From positions 1 through 55,741 of IMG/VR virus record IMGVR_UViG_3300038436_000236: a DNA stretch of 55,741 nt, one strand, 5' to 3'. Both the position numbers and the translations under genes were made by a program. This DNA comes from a virus (lineage: Duplodnaviria > Caudoviricetes). A model generated the notes under the pieces. It had not been told where the DNA came from and searched no databases. It worked only from the letters and a program-made list of their open reading frames with translations. Below are positions 1 through 9,166 of the stretch, piece after piece; the first letter of the stretch is position 1, and each line of letters starts with the position of its first letter.

Positions 1-1428
1 CTGGCGATTGAGTTTCGCGATCTGCTGGTCGGTCCTGATCCGCTGGGTGATGTCGCGCATCACCACCAGGCAGCCGTTTATTTTTTTCTGTTCGTTGAGT
101 TGGGGAATAACGATGGATTCCAGGCAGATGGTTTCGCCATGGTCATCAGCGGGAAGTTCGACGGTCCCCTTGCGGATGGACAGGCTGGTAAAGGATTGCA
201 GGCAGAGACAGTCGGTCCGGGACTGGCCGGTCGTTTTGCGGCAGAAGTTGCATGATTTGCCGATGGCAACCGGGGCGAGTTTCAAGGCCGATTCATTGGC
301 CCAGGTAATGATAAAATGCCGGTCAACGAGAAAGATGTGGTCCGGCAGGCTGTTCAGAATATGGCGGTGCTGGATCTCGTTCTCGGACAGCGCCTTTTCA
401 GCTTCGGTCCGGACCTCGATTTCCTGGTTGAGTTTTTTGATGAGCTGGTCCTGGGTTGCCTTGGCATTTTCCAGGTTGCCGATCAGGTTCTGGAAGCTGA
501 ACGAGAGAAAAAGGATGCAGATGGCGCCAACACCGCCGCTGATCAGCAGCGACTGGATGATGAAATGTTTTTTTTCCGCGATTTCGTCCGAGATGTCCTG
601 GGCGGCGATGATGCCGCCGATGGGTTCCTGGAAACAGTTTTTAAACCCTTCGAGGGTGTGAATGAGATACGTCCGGCCATCTGCTTCCACCTGTTCGGCG
701 GCGTTGGTGAAGTTGAAGCCGGCCGGCAGAATCCCGGCTACCCGGGGTTCATCTTCAACAAGAGTATACCGTCCGTATGTCCTGCGGGTCTGTTTATTGT
801 TCGTAGCCCTGTGCCGGAAGGTATCGGCAAAGAAGGCCGCGGTCTCCTTGCCGGTGGTGCGGCGCAGTTCATCGACAATTTCTTCGGTTTTGATGCCGAT
901 CTCCACGGCCCCCACATATTCGCCCTTGTAGAAAACTGGGTGGATGATGCGGTAAAAGGCCCCTGAAACGCCGATTTCATAGCCGAAAAGGGGATTGAAG
1001 TTTTTATGGACATCCTGCACCGCCAAGCGTATGCCCCGCAGGTCGTCACCGTAAAAATCGGGCTTATGCATGCGCAGAAAGGTTCTGCCGTCCGGCAGGT
1101 GGAAATGCATGACATGAAGGTACGGGTAGGATTTTTTCAAGGCCTCATACATGGGACGGGTCAGCGTATAAAGCTGCTGCCTGTCCCCCTCGGCAAAGGC
1201 CCGGATATGTTCCGGGTTGTTTTCGATGTAATTCTGCAGCCAGTTGTTATAGATGGAAAAATAAAAGTGCTGGGTGGAGGTGAAGATGCGCTGGAAGTCT
1301 TTTTTTTCTTCCTTCAGATGGTAATTGATATGCTCATTGTAACCGGACACCTGATGCAGGGAATAGAAGAGCGCAAGAATGGTGATGAGAGAGGTGACAA
1401 GCAGAATGGCTTTTGTTTTAACTGTCAT
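1..1428 (-). CDS. Host membrane sensor protein (Cache-type periplasmic domain, TM, PAS), 3' end outside window; probable histidine kinase or diguanylate cyclase
   Basis: Manual minus-strand translation from ATG 1428: N-terminal TM (ILLVTSLITILALFYSL), Cache_3/Cache_2-like MHFHLPDGRTFLRMHKPDFYGDDL, second TM, PAS-type end GCLVVMRDITQR; not in the ORF track because no stop codon falls in the window. Confidence 0.8.
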   Translation of the reverse strand, partial: MTVKTKAILLVTSLITILALFYSLHQVSGYNEHINYHLKEEKKDFQRIFTSTQHFYFSIYNNWLQNYIENNPEHIRAFAEGDRQQLYTLTRPMYEALKKSYPYLHVMHFHLPDGRTFLRMHKPDFYGDDLRGIRLAVQDVHKNFNPLFGYEIGVSGAFYRIIHPVFYKGEYVGAVEIGIKTEEIVDELRRTTGKETAAFFADTFRHRATNNKQTRRTYGRYTLVEDEPRVAGILPAGFNFTNAAEQVEADGRTYLIHTLEGFKNCFQEPIGGIIAAQDISDEIAEKKHFIIQSLLISGGVGAICILFLSFSFQNLIGNLENAKATQDQLIKKLNQEIEVRTEAEKALSENEIQHRHILNSLPDHIFLVDRHFIITWANESALKLAPVAIGKSCNFCRKTTGQSRTDCLCLQSFTSLSIRKGTVELPADDHGETICLESIVIPQLNEQKKINGCLVVMRDITQRIRTDQQIAKLNRQ

Positions 1429-1952
1429 TGCCAGTGGTGCTGATGGTGTGCTGCCTGTGCGGTTAGGGTCTTTTTATAAAGAAAAATCCGGGCATGGCGG
1501 CCTTGCAGGGAATAAAAATCTTCCGTGCCCGGTTGGCATGTTTTGCTAAACTAGCAGAAGAAGAATCGGCCTGTCAATAGGTTAAACTACCGAAATTAGA
1601 ACTTTTCCTGCACACTGCGTGGTACTGCCGATCTGTTTTTCCGGCAGAGTCCGCCTGCTATGGTTGCTCAGGCATCAAACACAATGTGACACCAGGCTGT
1701 CAAGGATTAAATGGGGAGGAATATATTTTTTATTCCTCAATATCGATATGTTAATGCAGTAATATGGATATTGGCGCTTCCTGGCAGCCTGTATATGCTG
1801 ATGTGCTGAAAGCCGCCGGCCGGGCGGCAGGCTGCCGTTTCCGGCGCAGGAGCCCGACTATGGGAAAAGTTCTCCCCCGCTTGTGCGGCGGCATGGACAA
1901 AAAACTTTACGGCCTGAGCCATTCATGGTAAATAAAAACCGATGTACGCAGT

Positions 1953-2029
1953 GGGCGGGTAGCTCAGCTGGATAGAGTGTTGGCCTCCGAAGCCAAAGGC
2001 CGTGAGTTCGAATCTCATCCCGCCCACCA
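1953..2029 (+). tRNA. tRNA-Arg(CCG)
   Basis: Acceptor stem GGGCGGG/CCCGCCC, D arm GCTC..GAGT, anticodon arm TTGGC-CT CCG AA-GCCAA, T loop TTCGAAT, encoded CCA end. Confidence 0.97.
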
Positions 2030-2037
2030 CTTACAAC

Positions 2038-2069
2038 AAGGCCGAATCCCTTTAGATTCGGCCTTTTTT
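2038..2069 (+). terminator. Rho-independent terminator after the tRNA, possibly bidirectional with the convergent integrase
   Basis: AAGGCCGAATC-loop-GATTCGGCCTT followed by a T run. Confidence 0.75.
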
Positions 2070-2169
2070 GCGTCTTATGCGCCTTGTTATTGATGGACGC
2101 TGCGGTTATTGGGTTGCGTTGTGTGTGGTTATGTTTTCGGGCCACCATCGGGCCATCGTCATGAATGTG

Positions 2170-3330
2170 CTACTGGACTTTGTCGGGCTTATCTGACATA
2201 AACGGTAGCTTATCTTCCAGGATTTCAAATTCTTCTTCTTTTGCCACCAGGTGGGTGTAGTGCTCAGTCATTTCAAGGTCGGAGTGCCCGAGACGGTCGC
2301 GTGTGTCCTCTTTCGAGGCCCCGGACCCTTGCAGGATGGTGGAAAATGTGTGGCGGGCATCATGTAGGCGGATGTTGTAGCCGTGCTGGACGAAAAACTT
2401 TTTTATCTGGTCGGTGATTGTGCTCGGGTGGTACTGCTGCACTACGGGGCCGGACTTTTTAGAGAGCTTCAGCAGTTCGGTGTATAGTCTATGCCCGATT
2501 CCTACCTTGCGCGGCTTTCTGTTTTTGGTGATTGAACCGGGGAGGTTGATCAGGCGGTGGTCGAGGTCTATCATTGACCATTCGAGTTTTAAGAGTTCTG
2601 ACCGACGCATTCCACATCCGAAATAAAAGAGCAGGAACAGTTCGAGGAAACCACCGAGGCGGATTTTCCCTTTTGCTTTTTTGTCGTTTTCTGCTGCGAA
2701 CTGCAGGAGTATTGAAACATCCTGCGCGGTAATGGCTGTCGGTTTGAATTTTTCGTGATCGTCGATTTTGAGAGAAGGGACCCGCGCCATGGGGTTTACT
2801 GTCACAACGCCATTTGCAAGGGCGAGATCGAAAAGTCGCTTGATTTCCTGCACATGCTTGTTGACTGTCGGCTTTGACAGGCCGCGTTCTTCGGCGAGGA
2901 CGCGCCGGAGCCTGATGCCGTCCTGATGGGTAAGGGATGCGATCCTTGTTTTTTCTCCCCATACTTGCGCGATATTCTTCAGGCGGCTTTTCCGGCTCTT
3001 GATTTCTGCGGCGCTCACGTCCCACGATTCCTGATAGTCTGTTATCGCTTCTTGCAGGTTTTTTTCTTGCGCGTTGCCTGCGCCTAGTCGTGTGGCGTCC
3101 TCTTTCGATATGAGCCCTTCGTTTTGCCAAACGATCAGGTCTTTTGCATCGTATCTGAGGCGCGATGTCGCTGCCTCAATTTCTGTTGCTACTTGCTTCT
3201 TGTGCTGGGAGAGGATTTTTTTTGTGTATGTGCGATAGCGATAAATTATCCCGCCGTCCGGAAAACAAACTTTGAATGTGAGCCGGTAAATTGAGGAGTC
3301 GCGTTTTTTGTAGACTGACAGCTTTACCAT
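2170..3330 (-). CDS. int: Tyrosine recombinase (phage integrase)
   Basis: Catalytic motifs GMRRSELL (R), TKNRK (K), LHDARH (HxxR), LGHSD, HYTH (Y); adjacent to tRNA. Confidence 0.95.
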   Translation of the reverse strand: MVKLSVYKKRDSSIYRLTFKVCFPDGGIIYRYRTYTKKILSQHKKQVATEIEAATSRLRYDAKDLIVWQNEGLISKEDATRLGAGNAQEKNLQEAITDYQESWDVSAAEIKSRKSRLKNIAQVWGEKTRIASLTHQDGIRLRRVLAEERGLSKPTVNKHVQEIKRLFDLALANGVVTVNPMARVPSLKIDDHEKFKPTAITAQDVSILLQFAAENDKKAKGKIRLGGFLELFLLFYFGCGMRRSELLKLEWSMIDLDHRLINLPGSITKNRKPRKVGIGHRLYTELLKLSKKSGPVVQQYHPSTITDQIKKFFVQHGYNIRLHDARHTFSTILQGSGASKEDTRDRLGHSDLEMTEHYTHLVAKEEEFEILEDKLPFMSDKPDKVQ

Positions 3331-3336
3331 CGCAGC

Positions 3337-3600
3337 TTATTGCAAGTGCTTGTTCAGGTATCGCTTGAGGGTGTGCAGGCTGTCGATTTCTTCCCCGGTG
3401 CAGTATTCTTGCGGGGGAACCTCGTAGTGCTTAAGGATTCGGAGTTTCATTTCAAAAGAAACGCCGCTTGTACCCAACAGCCACCTGTTTAGAGTCGGCT
3501 GGCCGACATTGAACACGCGTGCCGCTTCGGACTGGTTAAATTTGCCATGTGGTGTCTGGAATTTTTTGTCATTTAAAACTAAGTCAATTACTGTTTTCAT
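3337..3600 (-). CDS. XRE-type HTH protein, probable prophage repressor
   Basis: NQSEAARVFNVGQPTLNRWLLG helix-turn-helix; divergent from early operon, directly upstream of int. Confidence 0.75.
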   Translation of the reverse strand: MKTVIDLVLNDKKFQTPHGKFNQSEAARVFNVGQPTLNRWLLGTSGVSFEMKLRILKHYEVPPQEYCTGEEIDSLHTLKRYLNKHLQ

Positions 3601-3645
3601 TTTTACACCTTTCGTTGATAATAAATTGCGTTGCTCCACGACGGT

Positions 3646-3663
3646 TATTATTCCTGAATAATA
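3646..3663. promoter_or_regulatory. 18-bp palindromic operator copy TATTATTCCTGAATAATA
   Basis: Near-perfect palindrome upstream of the repressor gene; matches the dispersed consensus. Confidence 0.65.
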
Positions 3664-3726
3664 CGTGTATTATTGCTATATATGCTTAAAAAATAGCAAA
3701 CGCAATAGGAAAAGTTAAAAAAACAG

Positions 3727-3755
3727 TTGACCGCCTATAATTCATGATGTATAGA
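3727..3755 (+). promoter_or_regulatory. Putative early promoter with overlapping operator (3736-3753)
   Basis: TTGACC-17 nt-TATAGA; TATAATTCATGATGTATA lies over the spacer and -10. Confidence 0.55.
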
Positions 3756-3807
3756 TTTATAAAAAGCGGGTAATACGCGCAAACAATAATTGTAACTGGT
3801 GATAATA

Positions 3808-3993
3808 ATGGCAGAATCTAAATTGCTTACTTATGTCGAAATGTCCAATCGCATTAACGTAAAAAAGAATACGCTGGCGCAGTGGGTTATGCAAAAGCGC
3901 ATCCCCCATATAAAAATTGGGCGGCTCGTTCGGTTTGATGAAAATGAAGTAATCAAGTGGTTTGACTCTCATAAAGTCAAACCTGCCGCGTAA
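3808..3993 (+). CDS. Excisionase/Cro-like HTH DNA-binding protein
   Basis: LLTYVEMSNRINVKKNTLAQWV..RIPHIKIGRLVRFD is typical of the HTH_17 excisionase family. Confidence 0.85.
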   Translation: MAESKLLTYVEMSNRINVKKNTLAQWVMQKRIPHIKIGRLVRFDENEVIKWFDSHKVKPAA

Positions 3994-4004
3994 TCGCGGC
4001 TATT

Positions 4005-4022
4005 TATAACCCATGGATTATA
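4005..4022. promoter_or_regulatory. 18-bp palindromic operator copy TATAACCCATGGATTATA
   Basis: 17/18 match to the perfect palindrome TATAATCCATGGATTATA; abuts the RBS of the next gene. Confidence 0.7.
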
Positions 4023-4035
4023 GGAGATCAGAAAA

Positions 4036-5073
4036 ATGACAACCGCGACAAGTATGGTAAACGGAACGAAGGATAGGCATGAAGCTATACCGTATGAGGA
4101 TTTTCTTGATATGGTCGCTGAAAAAAACGTAGCGCGTGCCCCGCAGGACCTTTTCGGGACTCTCCCCAGGTTCCGGTATGTCCCGAGGCACAAAAAGAGC
4201 GACAGCGAAGTTGTAGGCCCGCAGTTGCTCCCCTTCCGCGATGAGGCGGGCGAAATTTCTATGCCCGACCTTGATCTTATGCCTGTCGCTCATAAGCAGA
4301 TGTGTGACCGCTTGAAGGTCAACGAATCGCTTCTTGAGCGGCTCCCGCCGAAACTGTCGCATGATGTCGTCAACGTCCTGGTTCAGAATAATGGATACGA
4401 CAAGGATTTGATGATCAGGACGGTGAACGGAAATAAGGTCCGGGCGCTGATGTCGCGGAGCTATACCCCTTTTGATGATATTGACCTTTTCATGGCACTG
4501 CGGCCTTTCATGGGCGGGGCGCTGGTCCGCTGGAGCGATACGACAGAGACTTTCTCACATCTGCGTATTTCGTGGCCGAATATGCGCACTGAAGTGAAAC
4601 CCGGCGATATCGTCGAATCAGGGCTGCATATCTCTAATTCTGAGGTTGGTTTCAGGTCTGTGACTATTCAGGCTGTCGTTATCCGGCTGGTATGTACGAA
4701 TGGGATGCTGTCCACAAAGGTCGGCGGCGGCTTCCGGCATGTCGGCGACCCTGCGGGCCTCAAGTCAAAAGTGATTTCAACGGTTGAAGAGGCGAAATTT
4801 TCTACTGAGACATTGACGGCTAAATTCAGGGCGTCACTGACTGCGCGGGTTGATCAGCCGATTGACGTGATGGAGTCATTTGCAAAGGACGGCGGGCTGT
4901 CGCAGGACCAATTCAAGCGGACGCTGGAGCGGTTTACGATGGATAGTGAAACTGGCGGGTCAGTGTTTGATATGGTCAATGCTTTTACGCGGGAAGCGCA
5001 GGAAGAGCCCACGGTAGAAAACAGGTATCAATTTGAAGGGGTCGGGGCGCGAATGTTGAACGATCTGGTATAG
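4036..5073 (+). CDS. DUF932-like phage protein
   Basis: ISNSEVGFRSVTIQAVVIRLVCTNG motif; GGAG RBS. Confidence 0.75.
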   Translation: MTTATSMVNGTKDRHEAIPYEDFLDMVAEKNVARAPQDLFGTLPRFRYVPRHKKSDSEVVGPQLLPFRDEAGEISMPDLDLMPVAHKQMCDRLKVNESLLERLPPKLSHDVVNVLVQNNGYDKDLMIRTVNGNKVRALMSRSYTPFDDIDLFMALRPFMGGALVRWSDTTETFSHLRISWPNMRTEVKPGDIVESGLHISNSEVGFRSVTIQAVVIRLVCTNGMLSTKVGGGFRHVGDPAGLKSKVISTVEEAKFSTETLTAKFRASLTARVDQPIDVMESFAKDGGLSQDQFKRTLERFTMDSETGGSVFDMVNAFTREAQEEPTVENRYQFEGVGARMLNDLV

Positions 5074-5087
5074 GTCGTTTCGTGGTG

Positions 5088-5112
5088 GGGCGGCGGTTGC
5101 CGCCCTTTTTTT
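5088..5112 (+). terminator. Rho-independent terminator
   Basis: GGGCGGC-GGTT-GCCGCCC followed by T7. Confidence 0.75.
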
Positions 5113-5136
5113 ATAACTATCTCTGAGGTTTATTTT

Positions 5137-5520
5137 ATGTCGAGTAGCGAAAATTTTATCATGTTCCTGGCTGATTTGCGGCGGGGCGGAGTATTGGCAG
5201 ATTTGGGCGAAAAGCTCGAAGAACTTGCCGAGGCGATCAGGGAAACGGAGCGCGGCGGGAAGATGGTTTTTACCCTCAGCATCAAACCTGACGGCCACGG
5301 GCGTGTTTTCGTCAAGGAAAGCATCAAGATTGAAAAACCGGAGCTTGCCACGGCTGAAACGATTCTTTTTGCCACTGCTGATAATAAGTTTCAGCGGAAT
5401 GACCCTGTCCAGCCTGATTTGCCTTTCAGGGACACGGCTCCGGCTGAAAGAGGCGAGTTGAAGGACGTGGAAGAGGGCAAGCCGGAGCTGCGGTCGATTG
5501 CTGGCGGCGCTGGTCGGTAA
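5137..5520 (+). CDS. Conserved phage protein usually found upstream of DUF2303
   Basis: FLADLRRG..LEELAEAIRETERGGKMVFTLSIKP..FATADNKFQRNDPVQ pattern and gene context. Confidence 0.65.
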   Translation: MSSSENFIMFLADLRRGGVLADLGEKLEELAEAIRETERGGKMVFTLSIKPDGHGRVFVKESIKIEKPELATAETILFATADNKFQRNDPVQPDLPFRDTAPAERGELKDVEEGKPELRSIAGGAGR

Positions 5521-5563
5521 GACGTTTCAAACAAACTTTTAACAATGCGAGGTATTGAAAAAA

Positions 5564-6388
5564 ATGAATGATGAAAGCGTTGCATCTGGAATTGCTGATT
5601 GCGGGACCGCTGCCGTTGTGCGCGACCTTGCCCGCGAGTCGGTAAAAAAAGAGATCTTGTATGTTGGCGGCGGATCGGTCCCCTTTATGGTGCTGCAGGA
5701 AGGGTATAATGTTCATGATTTGTCAAAATTTCTTGATAAGCCGTTGCGCACCAAGAGGGACGTTACCGTGTTGGACGCGGAGAGTTTTAAGCGGTATTTC
5801 GATATGTTTAATTGTGAAAGCACGATTGTGTTTGCTGGAGAAGAAAGAAAAAAAATCACCGCAATTTTTGATTATCCCACCGCTTTACAGCCTGCATTCT
5901 CTGAGCATTCCCTTACCCTTGGCCTGGCGTCCTCGCCTGAATGGGACGCATGGTCGGGGGCGAGCGGAAAGATGATGACCCAAACGGTTTTTGCAGAGTT
6001 TGTTGAACGGCATATAAAGGATATCGTCGAGCCTGACGGCGCTACGATGCTTGAAATCTCCAGGGGGATCGAGGCCACGAAAACCGCCGAATTCAAGTCT
6101 GGCGTGCGCTTGGATAATGGGCAAATCCAGTTGACTTACAACGAGAATATCCAGGGAAGTGTTCAGAAAAACAACATGCCCATTCCATCCGCGTTCGTCA
6201 TCGGGATAGCCCCGTTCAAGGGTGGTGATCATTATAAAATCGTGGTCAACTTCCGGTACAGGATCAATTCCGGGAATTTGTCGTTGATTTTCGAGCTGCT
6301 TAACCCTGAAAAAATCCTTGAGGACGCTTTCAAGGTCGAGCTGGAGAAGGTCGAGACAGCCATCGGGAAAAAAGCAATTCTTCAGTAA
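5564..6388 (+). CDS. DUF2303 (YfdQ-like) protein
   Basis: ITAIFDY..SPEWDAW..QTVFAEFVE..IGIAPFKG..FRYRI motifs. Confidence 0.8.
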   Translation: MNDESVASGIADCGTAAVVRDLARESVKKEILYVGGGSVPFMVLQEGYNVHDLSKFLDKPLRTKRDVTVLDAESFKRYFDMFNCESTIVFAGEERKKITAIFDYPTALQPAFSEHSLTLGLASSPEWDAWSGASGKMMTQTVFAEFVERHIKDIVEPDGATMLEISRGIEATKTAEFKSGVRLDNGQIQLTYNENIQGSVQKNNMPIPSAFVIGIAPFKGGDHYKIVVNFRYRINSGNLSLIFELLNPEKILEDAFKVELEKVETAIGKKAILQ

Positions 6389-6417
6389 GCTTTTTGTGTT
6401 TGATTCTTAAAAAGAAA

Positions 6418-6447
6418 AAGGGGAGGCCGCGACGCCTCCCCTTCTTA
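6418..6447 (+). terminator. Hairpin, putative terminator
   Basis: AAGGGGAGGC-CGCGAC-GCCTCCCCTT with a weak T tail. Confidence 0.5.
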
Positions 6448-6465
6448 TGATGGAGATCAAAAAAA

Positions 6466-7509
6466 ATGATCAAAAATATCGTACCAACTCTTGCAGAGGT
6501 AGGCAAGATAAAAATCGGCAGGAAAGGGGAGGTCAAGCGGTCAAAGACTGGAAAGGATTTTCGCCTGCCGCAGAAAGATGACCATTTTACCATCACCGGG
6601 TTGTCGCGGGATAGAAACGACGACTTTATACCTGACAAGAGGATCATGGCCACTATTGCAGAGCGCACAGGACAAAAGCCTGAACAGTTGACTGAATTGC
6701 CTATCAGGCTCCTTTACGACGACCCTGACCTGAATTTTCTTACACGCCTTGCTTGTTTCAAGGGGGTTAGCTGTTGGTGTTCCGGCGACGGTGAGAATGC
6801 CGATAGACTGGATGAGCGGACGGGCGAAATGAAAAAGGTAAAGTGTCCGTGTGAGCGGCAGAGCCCCGAATATAAGGGGCAGGATAAGTGCAAGGCCACT
6901 GGTGTTCTTTCTGCGGTGCTGGAGGGCGTTTCAGTGGTCGGTGGGGTCTGGAAGTTCAGGACCACATCTTATAATTCTGTGGTGAATATCCTTTCTTCTA
7001 TGAGTTTCATTAAGTCCCTGACTGGTGGTGTTTTGGCTGGCCTGCCCCTTCATCTGGTCGTTTCGCCGAAAACTGTCAATATACCAGGCGGCGGCGGGGT
7101 CACTACCGTCTTTATTGTCCGGGTTGAATATCGCGGGACTGTCGAGGCATTGGTGGAAATCGGATACAAAGAAGCGGAGCGGCGGGTTACTGCTCGCATC
7201 CGTATGGATGATGTGGAAAACAGGGTCCGGCTCATGCTTGACGCCCCGATGGACGCGGAAGAGGAGCGGGATATTGCCGATGAATTTTACCCTGAAACTG
7301 CAAGCGCTGCGGCTGTTGCCGAGACGCCTGCGGGCGGGTCTTTCCTTGATGGCGATCCTGTACAAGCGGATGAACCTGCCGATGCTGACGTTTCGGATAC
7401 ATCTGCTGATTCTGTGCATGATGCGGAGTACCGGGAAGAAGCACCGGCGAATCATGTTGCCGAGGCTCAGGAGGTTGAAAAACCTGCTGTTCCCCAAACA
7501 CTTTTCTAG
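6466..7509 (+). CDS. phiC31 gp3-like (recombination-directionality-factor-like) protein with acidic tail
   Basis: LAEVGKIKIGRKG..PQKDDHF, CSGDGE..CPC..CK, GVWKFRTTSYNS motifs. Confidence 0.65.
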   Translation: MIKNIVPTLAEVGKIKIGRKGEVKRSKTGKDFRLPQKDDHFTITGLSRDRNDDFIPDKRIMATIAERTGQKPEQLTELPIRLLYDDPDLNFLTRLACFKGVSCWCSGDGENADRLDERTGEMKKVKCPCERQSPEYKGQDKCKATGVLSAVLEGVSVVGGVWKFRTTSYNSVVNILSSMSFIKSLTGGVLAGLPLHLVVSPKTVNIPGGGGVTTVFIVRVEYRGTVEALVEIGYKEAERRVTARIRMDDVENRVRLMLDAPMDAEEERDIADEFYPETASAAAVAETPAGGSFLDGDPVQADEPADADVSDTSADSVHDAEYREEAPANHVAEAQEVEKPAVPQTLF

Positions 7510-7519
7510 GGGGTGCGTT

Positions 7520-7762
7520 GTGGAATCGATTTTGTCTAAATGGGAACAATTTGCAAGCGCGGAGCTTGCGGGCGTGCCGGAAGAAGAACGCGAAAAACTG
7601 AAAGAAGCATTTTATTGCGGCGCTTTAGCTGCTTTGCATATCACTGTAAATATTGCGAGGCTTCCGGTTGCTGATGAGGTTGGCGCAAGAGCGTTCACTC
7701 TCCTTGTTGAAGAAAGCAAAGAATTCAAATCAACATTTTTAAGTAAAGGGAGGAAAATGTGA
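7520..7762 (+). CDS. Hypothetical phage protein
   Basis: GTG start after GGGGG; 3' part of ORF 7025..7762; KEAFYCGA motif; stop overlaps next start. Confidence 0.6.
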   Translation: MESILSKWEQFASAELAGVPEEEREKLKEAFYCGALAALHITVNIARLPVADEVGARAFTLLVEESKEFKSTFLSKGRKM

Positions 7763-8910
7763 GAAAATATTCGCATTCTACAATTCAACTTTTTGACAGG
7801 TGCCCTCTTGCGTATAGAATCAAAAAAATTGACGGCGTGGTTGAGGCGCAGGGGGACGGGGCACGCCTTGGCTCCTATGGCCACAAGGTTGCAGAGGGGT
7901 ATATCAAGTACCTGCTGAGTTCCGGGCAGGTCACTGATTATGGCATGCTGGACGGCATTATTGCCGCGTGTAGAAAGTCAAAAGACGTGGCGGGCGCAAA
8001 GCCTGAAGATCTTGACGAGATCGCCGAAAAAATGCAGTCGTGGGGCCAAAATTTCATCTTGCCGTCCGACATGGACAGGCCAGAAGTTGAGTTGTTGGCT
8101 GCATTTGATGAGCGGTGGAGGCGGGTCGATTGGCGGGATAAAACAGCAAGATTCCGCGCAAAGCTTGATTTCACGTATTATCTGGACCCTACGACGTGCG
8201 TTATTACTGACTGGAAATCAGACAGGCATATTCCGGGGAGTGATATTGTCAACGACAACGAGCAGTTGCTCAGGTATGCCTTTGTCAAGGCGCTACTGGA
8301 CAGCCGGATTACACGGTTTATTCTGCGGCTGCACTACTTGCGATATGGGCGGACATACGAGATCGAAATAACCCCCCGCGATATTGCGCATATCGGGCGA
8401 GCGCTGGCGCAAAAAATGACTGAAATCGATAACTGCACGGCGTTTTTGCCTCGTATGGGGTCACATTGCGATTGGTGCGGCTATCCTGATCTGTGCCCTA
8501 AAATGCAGAATGCATTGGCTGTGCGGGAAAATCCGTATACTATCGTTACGGCTGAAAACGCGGGGCGGGCGGCTGAATTGCTTCTCGCTTTGGATCGCGT
8601 CAAGTCTGAAGTAAATGGACGGCTGAAAGACTATGTCGTGGCGCATGGGCCTGTCGTTGTCGGCGATGAAGTTCTTGCTTTTCATCCCACTGAATCAACA
8701 AGCTTCCCGGATGGCGAAAAATTGGCGGCGGCGCTTCTCGGGGCTGGGCTGGAGAAGCATGAAGTATGGACGGCTTTTTCCGCTACGAAAACGAGTGTCG
8801 AGAAGGCGCTGAAAAAAGCGAGAAAATCCGCTATGCTGCAAGGCGTCAAGGAACTGTCCGGAGCGATAGACAAAACTGGTAAGCGGTTTGAATTCAAGAA
8901 GGTGGCGTAA
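7759..8910 (+). CDS. PD-(D/E)XK exonuclease, Cas4/RecB-like, with probable Fe-S staple
   Basis: N-terminal CP, AKLD..ITDWKS nuclease motif, QLLRYA, CDWCGYPDLCP cluster. Confidence 0.85.
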   Translation: MRKYSHSTIQLFDRCPLAYRIKKIDGVVEAQGDGARLGSYGHKVAEGYIKYLLSSGQVTDYGMLDGIIAACRKSKDVAGAKPEDLDEIAEKMQSWGQNFILPSDMDRPEVELLAAFDERWRRVDWRDKTARFRAKLDFTYYLDPTTCVITDWKSDRHIPGSDIVNDNEQLLRYAFVKALLDSRITRFILRLHYLRYGRTYEIEITPRDIAHIGRALAQKMTEIDNCTAFLPRMGSHCDWCGYPDLCPKMQNALAVRENPYTIVTAENAGRAAELLLALDRVKSEVNGRLKDYVVAHGPVVVGDEVLAFHPTESTSFPDGEKLAAALLGAGLEKHEVWTAFSATKTSVEKALKKARKSAMLQGVKELSGAIDKTGKRFEFKKVA

Positions 8911-9149
8911 TGAATGGGTGCTGCCACGCTGTTGTTGAAATCGATACTTGCCGCGAGTGCGGGCTTACCAGGCGCGGCGATGAGTTCATCCAGGTATGCA
9001 AGGCGTGCGGGAAAGAGGGCGAGAAATTGTATGGCCTTTTTGTCCCGCATCTTTGCGCGGATTGTTACCGCAATATCCTTGAAGAAGAACGAAAAAACGG
9101 GAGTATTTGCCGATTTTGCAGGCAACCATATTCAAATTGTTGCTGCTGA
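8910..9149 (+). CDS. Small Cys-rich protein
   Basis: Four CxxC pairs; start overlaps the upstream stop. Confidence 0.55.
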   Translation: MNGCCHAVVEIDTCRECGLTRRGDEFIQVCKACGKEGEKLYGLFVPHLCADCYRNILEEERKNGSICRFCRQPYSNCCC

Positions 9150-9166
9150 TATATAGGGGAAAACGC

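Noticed and set aside
8-1443. Plus-strand ORFs 8..661, 316..966 and 1006..1443
   Set aside because: Antisense shadows of the minus-strand Cache/PAS sensor gene, which has recognisable motifs
1953-2029. Second att copy of the tRNA 3' end
   Set aside because: Not found in the window; the prophage continues past 55741, so the att core cannot be defined
7759-8910. Cas4-like gene as part of a CRISPR-Cas system
   Set aside because: No array and no cas1/cas2; context is a phage recombination module
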